A DNA stretch of 64,000 bases from an uncultured cyanobacterium (GCA_963744145.1 CAVUSO010000001.1:4064001-4128000), one strand, 5' to 3'; counted from the first letter of the stretch, positions 20,474 to 30,982 are shown. Notes: a model not told the origin generated them from the sequence alone. Program-made: numbers and translations.

Positions 20474-22156
20474 ATGACCACTTTTAGCGTAGAGCGACTA
20501 TCTATAATTGAACTGGCAAGGCAAGGGAACTTTCGAGCGATCGCTGATTGGATTAATAGCTATCTACTCCCCCAGGGAATTGAAGTAAAAATAGAATCTC
20601 GGCGAGCTAAATGTCTAAAAATTACAGTAGAGTTTGAACGTATCCCCCCCCGTGAACATCTGGTGCGCTTTATCTGTCACTGTCTGTGGAAATTAAATTC
20701 AGACATGATCGAAGGTGCCAGAATTATTGGTCAACTGGCGGGTGAGTCGAAAATTGTCTGGGAACAGTCAGTCCGAATTCTCACTCCAGCTTATCGACAA
20801 AAACGTAGTCGGAGTCGGAGTCGCACTCACCATCTTCGGCAAAAATCGGAACTGCAATTTAGGATTATCCGTTCTCTGTTAGTTAGCGGTGTCGCGATCG
20901 CCGCATTTATATTTGGCTGTTGGTTTAGTTACACAGAAATTCAGCGATCGCGCAGTCGGAAAGCCACTGTTTCCCTCAACCACCCGCAATTTGTTTCTCC
21001 CACATCTCATTTTTCGGCCAAAATTACCCCACCCTTAGCTGCTAATCGTCCCAAAACCGTCCAAGCAGCATTAGAAACTGTTCCAGTGGTGAGTCAACCA
21101 GTGCTTAATCCCAAAGATCCCTCAGTCACCATGATGTTTGGTGGAGATGTTTCTTTGGCTTATGCTTTTGAAGATGCTCTGGTTAAAGATTATAGTAAAG
21201 CTTTTTCCCAGATGGAAGAATACCGCAATGCTGATGTCGCGATGGTGAATTTGGAACATCCACTCACTAAAGCTACTACCATGCAGCCTAATCAAGAATT
21301 TAATTTTAAAGCACCACCAGAATCAGTCAAAATCTTAAAAGAAGGTGGTGTGGGGATGGTTACCCTGGCTAATAACCATATGATGGACTATGAAGTACCA
21401 GGACTTGATGAAACGATCAAAACTCTAGAACAAGCAGGAATTCACCATATTGGTGCAGGTCGTGATCAGAAAGAAACCGAACGTCCAGAAATTCTTGAGG
21501 TTAAAGGTCAAAGGATCGCTTATTTAGGTTATTACTGTGCGGATATCCAAGCCGCAGATCAGCAAACAACGGGTACTAATTATGGCTATAATGAGCGCAT
21601 TGAAGCCGATATTAAAGCCCTTCGCAATCAAGTTGATTGGATTGTGGTCAATTTCCATTGGGGTAATGACCTAGCGAACCATCCAGAACAATGGCAAATT
21701 GATCTAGCTCGTTTTGCAGTTGATCAAGGAGCAGATGTAGTGATTGGACATCATGCTCAGGTCTTACAAGGAGCAGAAATTTACAAAGGACGTCCGATCG
21801 CGTATTCTTTAGGGAATTTTATTTTTGGTGGTAAGTCTTACCAAAATTATGACACGGCAGTCTTGAAGGTAGCGGTAAAAGATCAGCAGATGAAAGTTGA
21901 ATTTATCCCCGTGGAGGTGAGAAATAATCAGCCCAAAGTGATCACAGGCGATCGCGGTAATGCCATACTGAAAAATATTGAACGAATGTCGAGTATGTTT
22001 GACGAACCAATGAAGTCTCCCATGATTATTGATGCGGTGACCAAGAAAGTTTTACCAACTGGTCAAGGTCTTAGTAATCCGGGGGTCTCTCCCAAAGTCA
22101 ATAACATTAGTGGACCGTTTAATCCCCATCCATTTATTGCTACTCCCTCACCATAA
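20474..22156 (+). CDS. CapA family (poly-gamma-glutamate synthesis) metallophosphoesterase-like protein
   Basis: FGGDV, VNLE, LANNHMMDY, FHWG, IGHHAQV and YSLGNFIFG. Confidence 0.9.
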   Translation: MTTFSVERLSIIELARQGNFRAIADWINSYLLPQGIEVKIESRRAKCLKITVEFERIPPREHLVRFICHCLWKLNSDMIEGARIIGQLAGESKIVWEQSVRILTPAYRQKRSRSRSRTHHLRQKSELQFRIIRSLLVSGVAIAAFIFGCWFSYTEIQRSRSRKATVSLNHPQFVSPTSHFSAKITPPLAANRPKTVQAALETVPVVSQPVLNPKDPSVTMMFGGDVSLAYAFEDALVKDYSKAFSQMEEYRNADVAMVNLEHPLTKATTMQPNQEFNFKAPPESVKILKEGGVGMVTLANNHMMDYEVPGLDETIKTLEQAGIHHIGAGRDQKETERPEILEVKGQRIAYLGYYCADIQAADQQTTGTNYGYNERIEADIKALRNQVDWIVVNFHWGNDLANHPEQWQIDLARFAVDQGADVVIGHHAQVLQGAEIYKGRPIAYSLGNFIFGGKSYQNYDTAVLKVAVKDQQMKVEFIPVEVRNNQPKVITGDRGNAILKNIERMSSMFDEPMKSPMIIDAVTKKVLPTGQGLSNPGVSPKVNNISGPFNPHPFIATPSP

Positions 22157-22193
22157 ACAGCTAATCTTTTAAAACTTTACCCCCCGAAAAACT

Positions 22194-23063
22194 ATGTTTG
22201 CGATCGCTGTCGAAAATAAACAATACCAAACCTATATTCTTTCCGACCAAACCGCTAATTCTCAAGTCGAAGTAGTACCAGAACGAGGAGGGATTGTCAC
22301 TAGCTGGAAAGTTGCAGGTAAAGAGATCTTCTATCTCGATACAGAACGATTTACTCATCCAGATTTAAGTGTCCGGGGCGGAATTCCGATTTTATTTCCA
22401 ATCTGTGGCAATTTAATTGATAATATTTACAGTCACAATGGTCAAACATACAACTTAAAACAACACGGTTTTGCTCGCGATTTACCTTGGCAAGTTAGTC
22501 ATCAAAGTACGACAAATGGTGCTAGTATTACCGTGGTTTTAACTAGCAATGATCAAACTCGTGTAGGTTATCCCTTTGATTTTGAAGTCGCTTTTACCTA
22601 TCAACTCCAAGGGAATACTTTAAAAATTAGTCAGAAATATAGCAATAAGTCTCAGGAAAAAATGCCTTTTTCTACAGGACTACATCCTTATTTTGCAGCA
22701 CCAGATAAAAGTCAACTCGAAATAAAGATTCCATCTCTTGAATACTGGGATCAAAAAAATTTAGTTACTGAGACTTTTGAGGGTAAGTTTGATTTTAATC
22801 TTGAGGAAATTGATGCTGCATTTAAAGATTTAACCGGTAGTGAAGCAACTGTAGCTGATCGGAGTCGGAAATTAAAATTAACCATGAGCTGGGATAAATC
22901 TTATTCTACTTTTGTGTTTTGGACGGTTAAGGGTAAAGATTTCTACTGTATCGAACCTTGGACTGCTGGTCGGAATGCTTTAAATACAAAAGAACGTTTA
23001 ATTTACCTTGAACCTGGAGCAGATCTAGAAACAGTGGTGCAATTAACAGTTAGTGAAATCTAA
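22194..23063 (+). CDS. Aldose 1-epimerase family protein
   Basis: RGGIPILFP, QHGFARD, GLHPYF and FYCIEPW. Confidence 0.92.
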   Translation: MFAIAVENKQYQTYILSDQTANSQVEVVPERGGIVTSWKVAGKEIFYLDTERFTHPDLSVRGGIPILFPICGNLIDNIYSHNGQTYNLKQHGFARDLPWQVSHQSTTNGASITVVLTSNDQTRVGYPFDFEVAFTYQLQGNTLKISQKYSNKSQEKMPFSTGLHPYFAAPDKSQLEIKIPSLEYWDQKNLVTETFEGKFDFNLEEIDAAFKDLTGSEATVADRSRKLKLTMSWDKSYSTFVFWTVKGKDFYCIEPWTAGRNALNTKERLIYLEPGADLETVVQLTVSEI

Positions 23064-23247
23064 AGTTTAGCCAAATTTGGGCGATCGCGATTAAATCCCC
23101 ACGATAATTGATCGCTCAAGTTTTACCATGAGGGTCGTCGAAGGGATGATCACTGACAGATCAGTTGAATATAAACAAACTGGTTGGTCGCTGTCAGAAG
23201 AGAGAAAAAAGATCACATTCACGGATGGGTTTAAAGTGGGGTAATTT

Positions 23248-26065
23248 ATGAATCTTTTTAAAGCGAAAGATTTAGCCAATATTGGTGTGATTGTTTTTAG
23301 TAGCAATCTCATTATTGCCCCTCTAGGATGGGGACAAATCATTCCCGATCGTACTCTACCGAACAATACGATTGTCAATGTGAATAATAATATTAATTAT
23401 ATTTCCGCTGGAACCAGAGTCGGTGCTAATTTATTTCACAGTTTCCAAAACTTTTCGCTCCCGACGGGCAATGTGGCTGTTTTTGATAATCCAGTCGATA
23501 TTCAAAATATCATCAGCCGCGTTACTGGTAATAATATTTCTAATATAGATGGATTAATTAAAGCCAACGGTAATGCTAATTTATTTCTGATTAATCCGAA
23601 GGGGATTATCTTCGGACCAAACGCCCAGTTAGGAATTGGCGGTTCCTTGATTGGAACTACTGCGAATAGTATCAAATTTGCCGATGGGAGCGAATTTAGT
23701 GCAGTTAATCCTAATCCACCATCCCTATTAGCAATTAATGTACCCGTAGGATTACAATTTGGCACCAATCCTCAAAGTATTACGAATCAATCTCAAGTCA
23801 CCAGTTTATTACCACTACCATCTGTAGATCCGAGTATTCCCTTACCCAAAAATGTCGGGTTAGAAGTGATTCCTGGTCAAACTTTAGCGCTCATCGGTGG
23901 GGATATTATTTTAAACAATGGTAATTTGACGGTATCATCAGGAGAAATACATCTAGGTAGTGTGGCTAATGCCGGATTAGTCAACTTGCAAACCACTCCA
24001 GTCGGCCTAAGTTTTGATTATAGCAACATTCTCAATTTTGGGAATATAACAGCTAATAATTCCACTATCAATACTAGCGGAATCGGAGGAGGAAAAGTAG
24101 ATATAAAGGGGGGAAATATTCTCCTAAATGGGAGTAAAATATATGCGTTAAATCTAGGAAATGCCGATGGTAGAGGTATCGATATTAACGGTAACAATTT
24201 TCAGGCAGAAGCAGGAACACAAATACATAGTTTAACCCTGGGAGCAGGACAGGGAGGTGATATCAATATCAGCACTAATAACGCAGTAGAATTGAGTGGA
24301 ATTGGAGCTAATAAATATCAACAAACCCTGGCTACTTATCTATTAGAAGGAATTGCTAATCCTTTTGACTCAACATTTGTTGTATTTAGTGGGACTACTG
24401 GCAGTGGACATGCAGGAGAAATTAAGATTGATACTGGGAATTTACTTGTAAAAAATGGCGGTGGTATATCTAGCTCGACTGGGCGGAGCAGGAAATTCTG
24501 GAAATATCACTATTCAGGCTAAAATTGCTACTCTGGATGGTTCTTTCATTCAGAGTGGTACTGATCAGCTTAGTACGGCAACTACAGCGGGAAATATTAC
24601 GTTTGAAGTAGAAAAATTAATCCTACAAAATAACGCATTTGTCGCTAGCACTACCTTTAGTAATACGACATCAGGTAAGATTAATATCCAAGCTTCCGAA
24701 TCCGTAGAAATTCGAGGTTTTACTGATGGAAGTTTTGTGCAAACTTTTATTGCTAATACTAGCCTGGGGGTAGGGGGAAAAGCTGATGATATTAATATCA
24801 ATACTAAGCAATTAACTATCTCTGATGGTGGTACGATTGAGTCTGGAAGTGGTTATGTTTTAGATCAACAAATAATCGGTCAAAAAGCTGGACCCGGAGG
24901 GAATATAATCATCAATGCGACTAAGTCTATAGATATCATAGGCAATTCCGGACTTTTAGTAGATGGTACTCGCCGATATAGTAGTATTAATGCGGAAACA
25001 AATAGCCAAAACTCCGGAGGTGATATCCGGATTTTCACACCTGTACTAACTCTGCAAAATGGAGGAGGGATTTCTACTTCATCTTTAGGCTCAGGAGATG
25101 CAGGAAATATTTTTATCAATGCACAACAGCTCAAACTTATAGCTACGACAGATCCGCATCAATTTAACAGTCAAATTTCAGCTAGTAATGGGATTTTGGA
25201 TAACCAAATTAATCTCAACGCTACAGGAAATGCAGGTTCCTTGAATTTAACTGTTAATCAATTGTTACTCCAGGATGGGACAAGTCTGAATGTGCAAACA
25301 TTAGGAACAGGAAAAGCTGGTAATATTAATGTTGTTGGTAATTTAACTTCCCTGGATAATCAAAGCAGTATTAATGCAGATACAGCCTCTGGATTAGGCG
25401 GTAGTATTAATCTCCAAATCCAGAATTTACAACTGCGTCATAATAGTCGAATTAACACTGATGCCGGTGCTGCTAATGGGGGTAATATTACCATCCAAAC
25501 TAATAATTTAGTCGCTTTAGAAAATAGTGATATTACGGCGAATGCTCAAATCGGTTTTGGTGGGAGTATCAGCATCTATAGTCAAGGGATTTTTGGCACA
25601 GAATATCGACCATATTTAACTCCCCTTAGTGATATTACAGCCACTTCCAGTTTAGGCGCAAAATTTAGCGGTATCGTCACAATTAATACACCTGATATTA
25701 ATCCGGCTACTGGGTTAGATCATTTACCAGTAAATTTTGCTGATTTGAGTAATCAAATTAATAATACTTGTGCCCGAGTGAAAGATAATAATTTTATTCT
25801 CACAGGTAGAGGTGGGGAACCTTCAGCACCCTACGATTTATTATTTCATCGTTCAGTTCTGTCTGATTTAGGAACGAACGAAAAAATACATATACAATCT
25901 GGTAATATTAATAAAAATGCTCCGGAGATATTGACAAAAAAATCTGCTCCTATTGTGGAAGCAAATAGTTGGAGATTTAATCAAAATGGTCAGATACAAT
26001 TAGTAGCAAATTATCAAGAAAATATCCAAAACTTTTGGCATAGAACCTGTCAGCAATCTTGGTGA
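23248..26065 (+). pseudogene. Filamentous haemagglutinin N-terminal-domain (TPS-type) exoprotein split by a frameshift
   Basis: NLFHSFQNF and NLFLINPKGIIFG (haemagglutination activity domain) lie in ORF 23248..24522. The beta-helix repeats and C-terminal FILTGRGG/IVEANSW continue in ORF 24455..26065. The frame changes near 24480. Confidence 0.8.
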
Positions 26066-26237
26066 TTTGGTCTGTGCTTAGTGCTGATTGGGAGTTGGTT
26101 GGAGGAATGGCGATCGCATCAACCAATTTTGAGGGACATAGATTATTGGTGTCTCTTTTTGATTGGTTAGTGAAGGCGCGATCGCATTATCAGTCCCAGC
26201 CAAGTTTTGAGCTAAACTAGTGCAGTTAAATCTTGTC

Positions 26238-28301
26238 TTACAACCCAAATACCGATGTAATTAATGGGAGTAATTCTTGACAAGCTTTAGCAGAGGCTGC
26301 AATAACGGGCAGTCCCGTAACTATGCCTTTGAGCATGGTGATTGCTGTATCGGCCAAGTCTTTTTTATCTTCATCCTTCGGATTTTGACCAGCTTCAGCT
26401 AGGGCTTGTACTTGTTTTAATGCTTTGGTCTTGTCCTTGTCTGATAAATGAGTGTCAGATGCGATCGCTGATTGTAATTGTTTCAATAACTCTGCCAGTT
26501 TAGGAGCTTCTAGAGCTTCAGACTTGGCAAGTTGACTAATAGTAGCGGTTACAGTCCCACTAATATCATCTTCAGCTACAGCAGTTATGTTTTGACTAGC
26601 AACGCCGCCCAGATCACCATCAATGCTTTGTAAAATATTTATATAAGAATCAGACGTTTTATGTTTCGGATCTATCAATCCACTAAGTAACCTAATAATT
26701 GGCTCTCTTTCTGTCAGTAATTTTCTAATATTTTCTAATGTTAAAGATTGAAAGTAAACTAAACTCTCTGAATATTTAGCATTTAATACTGCGTGATCAG
26801 ATTCGCGGGTAGTTTCAGCACGGAGTAATATTTTATCTTTATCTTTACCTTTTCTTTCAAATGAAACTAATTCAATATTTGCCTCTGGATTATTTTCAAC
26901 TAGCTGCTCAAAAGCTAGGACTATTAATCCAAGGTCAGTCGATTTCTTATGATAAAGATTAAGTGGATGTTTCATCGGAGCGATAAAATCAGCGAAGTCT
27001 CCCTTTTTAAAATAGTCATTCCGGTTAGCAGGTTGGCGACAGGGGTTGCAATCCCGAGTTTCTTCAGGCGGTAAAGCGATACAGCTAGGACGCTTATCAG
27101 GAGGCAAGCACATAAACACAAAATTACATTTTACATCATTCAATATTGTTTTAGAAGTAATATTCCATCCTTCAATATAAGCACCTGTTAAATTTGCACC
27201 TGTTAAATCTGTTCGGTCTAGTAAAGTATATACTAATTTACTATTAGAAAGATTAGCATTTTGTAAGCAAGCTTCTTGTAGATTTGTTTCAATAAAACTG
27301 GTTTCAATTAAATTAGCTTCTTTTAAATAGACTCCTTTTAAATTCTGGCGATCAAAGTTCTTATTCTGTCCCTGTCCTGTTTGAACTAGCTCTTGTATTT
27401 GTCTGGTTTTCAAATAGGTATCGCCCGGACGAGCTAAATCTAGTTGTTTAGTTTTTCTAAAGCAAGTCCGAATTAAAGTAGCTTTTCGGAAATCTGTATT
27501 TTTAAGCGTAGTATTGGTAAAATCAGCATCAGTTAGAGTTGCATTGTAAAAAGTAGTTCCGCCTGTAGCAGCAAAAGCAACTGCAATTGTGCGAATCCAG
27601 ATATATTTAGAATCTCCATTAATAGTACACCTGCTGATATAAGTGTAAAATAATATTAATAGAATAGAGGCGACGATAATAACGACGTTTGGTTCATCTC
27701 CAATGAATGCCATACTGATCGCGACGGCGAGGGCGACGGCGAGGACAAATGCACCACCGATGGCTCCAACTAGGACAAAAACTACAGTAACAGTTCCAGG
27801 GAAGACAGCAAGGGTAAGGGCAACAACAGCTAGAGCAAGGGTGAAGGCAGGATTGAAAGCCCCAGCGATGCCAAAAGCAAAAGCCCCAGCGACAATAGCA
27901 GCCATCGCTGCATAAAACCCTCGGCAAATAAGCATAAAATTAAAACCAAAAATTACAAATACACCAGCCCATGCTTCAATAATTTCTTGATTGGCAAGAT
28001 TATCACTAAATCTAGGTATAGCGGAATAACTCAAAAGGGTGATCAGAAATCCTGAAAATACAGACAACAAAAAACAAATAATTAACAAACCAATTATCCA
28101 CTGGTTCTGTAATCCAGCTTTAGCTCCTACAAACTTAGTTCTGGTAAGATTAGCGCGACTAAAGTTAGTTCCTCTAATATCAGCTTTAGAGAAATCTGCA
28201 TCTGATAAGTCTTTACCTTTAAAAGATAAACCTCGGAGGTTTTCACCGCGAAAGTTCCTCCTGCCTTCTGTGTAAAGTTTTAGTAACTCTTGAGCTTTCA
28301 T
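26238..28301 (-). CDS. Pentapeptide-repeat membrane protein
   Basis: MKAQELLKLYTEGRRNFRGENLRG, A(D/N)L/F-type repeats, a central hydrophobic low-complexity block and a helical C-terminus (LLPLITSVFGL). Confidence 0.88.
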   Translation of the reverse strand: MKAQELLKLYTEGRRNFRGENLRGLSFKGKDLSDADFSKADIRGTNFSRANLTRTKFVGAKAGLQNQWIIGLLIICFLLSVFSGFLITLLSYSAIPRFSDNLANQEIIEAWAGVFVIFGFNFMLICRGFYAAMAAIVAGAFAFGIAGAFNPAFTLALAVVALTLAVFPGTVTVVFVLVGAIGGAFVLAVALAVAISMAFIGDEPNVVIIVASILLILFYTYISRCTINGDSKYIWIRTIAVAFAATGGTTFYNATLTDADFTNTTLKNTDFRKATLIRTCFRKTKQLDLARPGDTYLKTRQIQELVQTGQGQNKNFDRQNLKGVYLKEANLIETSFIETNLQEACLQNANLSNSKLVYTLLDRTDLTGANLTGAYIEGWNITSKTILNDVKCNFVFMCLPPDKRPSCIALPPEETRDCNPCRQPANRNDYFKKGDFADFIAPMKHPLNLYHKKSTDLGLIVLAFEQLVENNPEANIELVSFERKGKDKDKILLRAETTRESDHAVLNAKYSESLVYFQSLTLENIRKLLTEREPIIRLLSGLIDPKHKTSDSYINILQSIDGDLGGVASQNITAVAEDDISGTVTATISQLAKSEALEAPKLAELLKQLQSAIASDTHLSDKDKTKALKQVQALAEAGQNPKDEDKKDLADTAITMLKGIVTGLPVIAASAKACQELLPLITSVFGL

Positions 28302-28645
28302 ATAAATGAGTAACCAGTTAGTATTTGCATCAAAATAACCCACAATTAACCAGATGTCAGTATTGCTGAAAACTTCAACATCATTAACTTTTGTTGCAAG
28401 CAGCTATTCCCCAATACCTGGTAACTGTAATGATTTCAGAGATTGAGAGCGATCGCCAATTAACCGAGTTGCTAGTCAGACCCACAGAAAAAATCCCCCT
28501 GGTGAGTGCAGCGGTGGTGACTGCTGCTTGGAAGTTGGTTGGGGAAATAGCGATCGCTACTATAGACCAAGCAAACCAGTTAGTCATGTGATCTAATTCT
28601 CTCAATCTACCTAAAAACCAACAAACTTATGAAAATGCAATTAAT

Positions 28646-28717
28646 AAATTTCCCTGTACCGATCTTCGTACCATTGATCAGTTATGGGTAAAATATAGTA
28701 ATGGTCAATTGTCTTAG
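28646..28717 (+). pseudogene. GUN4-domain gene remnant
   Basis: Translates as KFPCTDLRTIDQLWVKYSNGQLS*, matching the GUN4 core KFPCKDLQTIDNLWVKYSNGHFG of the kinase at 33762-35138. Confidence 0.65.
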
Positions 28718-28780
28718 CGTAAATTATGCTGGTATCGCAGGCTCGTTTTTTAGGCTTTTAATCTGATATCCGAATGCGAA

Positions 28781-29020
28781 GTCAACTACCCACGCTAATC
28801 GGAGTACCGATATAGCGTAGGCTTGCAAAAGCCTAGTTGACCAGTCTCCGTGGTGCTGTTAGCAGTGCCACTACGTTTAAGGCAAGCGTTAAAGAACCTA
28901 CCAGCGGATGCGTAGCTAGTCTTCTGCTCTAGAACTTGAAGGTTAAACAGGCCCCAAGGTTAAGCCAGTGCTTTCAGGATAGTACCGACCTTAAACATTG
29001 ACGAAGCTAACATTACCCAG
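28781..29020 (+). ncRNA. IscB omegaRNA scaffold (HEARO-like)
   Basis: Blocks GTCAACTACCC..GTTGACCAG..CTACGTT..CCTACC..GGATGC..CTAGT..GCTCT..GTTAAACAG..CAGTG..AACATTGACGAAG..ACATTACC lie directly upstream of iscB. The 3' boundary is approximate. Confidence 0.8.
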
Positions 29021-29035
29021 CAATGGAGTTTTCAA

Positions 29036-30349
29036 ATGTCAAATTTCGCATTTGTTTTGGATACGAATAAACGACCGCTAGATCCGGTTCATCCGGCTAA
29101 AGCACGTTTATTACTCAGTCAAGGAAAAGCGGCTGTATTCAGACGTTATCCCTTCACGATTATCTTGAAAGAGGTTTCCACTGAGGCCATTCAAGAATTA
29201 GAAATTAAGATCGATCCAGGCTCAAAAACTACTGGAATTGCGATTGTTCAAGGTGAGAAAGTAATTTTTGGTGCAGAACTAATTCATCGGGGACAAATGA
29301 TTAAGGCTAGTCTAGAATCTCGGCGTTCACTACGTCGAAATCGAAGAAATCGCCATACTCGTTACCGTCAAGCAAGGTTCTCAAATAGAACCCGTCCTAA
29401 AGGATGGCTAGCACCTAGTTTACAACACCGAGTTGAAACGACTGTACGGGCGTATTGCAATACGCCCCTACGGGTAAAAAAATTAATCAAATTAGCACCA
29501 ATTAGCTCAATTGCGATGGAGTTGGTAAAGTTTGATTTACAGCAAGAAGAAAATCCAGAAATAACAGGAATAGAGTACCAGCAAGGAGAGCTACGAGGCT
29601 ACGAAGTGCGCGAATACCTACTAGAAAAATGGGAGAGAAAATGCGCCTATTGTGGAGCAGAAAATCTGCAACTACAAGTAGAACATATTCAACCCAAGGC
29701 TAAGGGCGGTAGCGACCGAATCTCAAACCTTTGTTTAGCTTGCGAAAAATGTAATCAAAAGAAAGGTACTCAATCGATTGAGAAGTTTCTGGCCAAGAAA
29801 CCAGAAATTTTAAAACGCATATTAGCTCAAGCCAAACGGCCATTAAAAGATGCAACGGCAGTTAATTCAACTCGATGGGCATTGTTCAATAGGCTTAAAG
29901 AAACTGGATTACCTGTTGTGACTGGTTCTGGTGGATTAACAGTAGGGGCGTATTGCAATACGCCCGTACATCGGATTCGGTTAAATTTCTCAAAAGCGCA
30001 TTGGATTGACGCTGCTTGTGTAGGCAAGATTGAATCACTGAAGTTACTAACAGCTAAACCATTGTTGATTAAAGCCACTGGTCACGGAACTAGACAAATG
30101 TGCCGGACTAATGAGTTTGGATTTCCGACTAAATACATCCCTAGATTCAAATTTGTTAAAGGGTTTCAAACAGGCGATATCGTCAAAGCAATTGTCACCA
30201 AAGGGAAAAAAATCGGCAAATATGTCGGTCGGGTAGCAATTAGGACAAGAGGTTCATTCAACATTTCAGCTTCCAAATTAGTGACTGATATTAATCATAA
30301 ATACTGCCAGATCGTCCACCATAAGGATGGGTACAATTATGGGTTTTAA
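29036..30349 (+). CDS. iscB: RNA-guided endonuclease IscB (RRXRR + HNH)
   Basis: PLMP-like FVLDTNKRPLDP, RuvC-I IDPGSKTTG, Arg-rich bridge helix, RuvC-II MELVKFD, HNH CAYC..VEHIQPKAKGGSDRISNL..CEKCN and RuvC-III HWIDA. Confidence 0.95.
   Translation: MSNFAFVLDTNKRPLDPVHPAKARLLLSQGKAAVFRRYPFTIILKEVSTEAIQELEIKIDPGSKTTGIAIVQGEKVIFGAELIHRGQMIKASLESRRSLRRNRRNRHTRYRQARFSNRTRPKGWLAPSLQHRVETTVRAYCNTPLRVKKLIKLAPISSIAMELVKFDLQQEENPEITGIEYQQGELRGYEVREYLLEKWERKCAYCGAENLQLQVEHIQPKAKGGSDRISNLCLACEKCNQKKGTQSIEKFLAKKPEILKRILAQAKRPLKDATAVNSTRWALFNRLKETGLPVVTGSGGLTVGAYCNTPVHRIRLNFSKAHWIDAACVGKIESLKLLTAKPLLIKATGHGTRQMCRTNEFGFPTKYIPRFKFVKGFQTGDIVKAIVTKGKKIGKYVGRVAIRTRGSFNISASKLVTDINHKYCQIVHHKDGYNYGF
29444..29471. 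repeat. 28-bp GTAG/REP-like palindrome, copy 1 (in iscB)
   Basis: GTACGGGCGTATTGCAATACGCCCCTAC. Confidence 0.9.
29942..29969. repeat. 28-bp GTAG/REP-like palindrome, copy 2 (in iscB; exact reverse complement of copy 1)
   Basis: GTAGGGGCGTATTGCAATACGCCCGTAC. Confidence 0.9.
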
Positions 30350-30379
30350 TTTACAAATTGTTCAATCGTCTCCCGCTCT

Positions 30380-30403
30380 TGTTTCGACTACGCTCAACAC
30401 AAG
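30380..30403 (+). repeat. Variant 24-nt mini-repeat in the 3' end of the IscB element
   Basis: TGTT-TCGACTACGCTC-AACA-CAAG has the same core as the 14.6-kb repeat with a swapped stem. Confidence 0.7.
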
Positions 30404-30511
30404 GTTTTTGCTATGCAAAAATTTGTTTAGGAGACGTTTCATAATTTGCCTTCCATTCCTCCCGACACCAAACTGGGTACAGTTATGGTGCGGGTCTCCT
30501 GGGAGGCTTTG

Positions 30512-30982
30512 ATGGTAAATTTAATCTGGCACGATCCGGCGATTATTCGCCATACCCAATATCTCTTGAACAGTTTTCGTGATTGGACTGGTCAAACCTT
30601 GCTGGAAGAAGGAACGCCCCAAGTTCAAGCCCAGCAGCTTTTTGAGTCCCCTTTCGTGATTGTGTCTCATGGTGTAGAAACCGACCCCATTTTTAACTAT
30701 GGTAATCAAACAGCCTTAGATCTTTGGGAAATGACCTGGGAACGTTTTACCTCTTTACCCTCCCGTCACAGCGTCGCTCCTGATGAGCAAACCGATCGGG
30801 AAAAACTCTTGGCTCAAGCCCGCTCCTTGGGCTACATTACTAACTACACTGGAATTCGCATCTCCGCTACGGGTCGTCGCTTTTACATTCAAAATGTAAT
30901 TCTCTATGATGTACTAGATGAAAATCAACATCGCATCGGGCAGGCTGCTACCTTTCCTACATGGAAGTTTTTGGAAGATTGA
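30512..30982 (+). CDS. MEKHLA domain protein
   Basis: LLNSFRDWTG, LFESPFVIVSHG..DPIFNYGNQTALDLWE and YTGIRISATGRRF. The ATG abuts the right end of the IscB element. Confidence 0.9.
   Translation: MVNLIWHDPAIIRHTQYLLNSFRDWTGQTLLEEGTPQVQAQQLFESPFVIVSHGVETDPIFNYGNQTALDLWEMTWERFTSLPSRHSVAPDEQTDREKLLAQARSLGYITNYTGIRISATGRRFYIQNVILYDVLDENQHRIGQAATFPTWKFLED

Larger units (their letters stand above)
28781..30511 (+). mobile_element. Non-autonomous IS200/IS605-superfamily IscB element (no tnpA)
   Basis: Begins with GTCAACTACCC plus a hairpin and ends with a hairpin plus TCCTGGGAGGCTTTG|ATG. Encloses an omegaRNA-like region and iscB. Confidence 0.8.

Noticed and set aside
28769..28780. IscB guide similarity (ATCCGAATGC) to repeat arms at ~14480 and ~14754, suggesting repeat targeting
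   Set aside because: Only ~10 nt match, and it is not followed by the predicted ATG-type TAM; compatible with chance.
30446..30511. N-terminal extension of the MEKHLA ORF
   Set aside because: It corresponds to the right-end hairpin of the IscB element.
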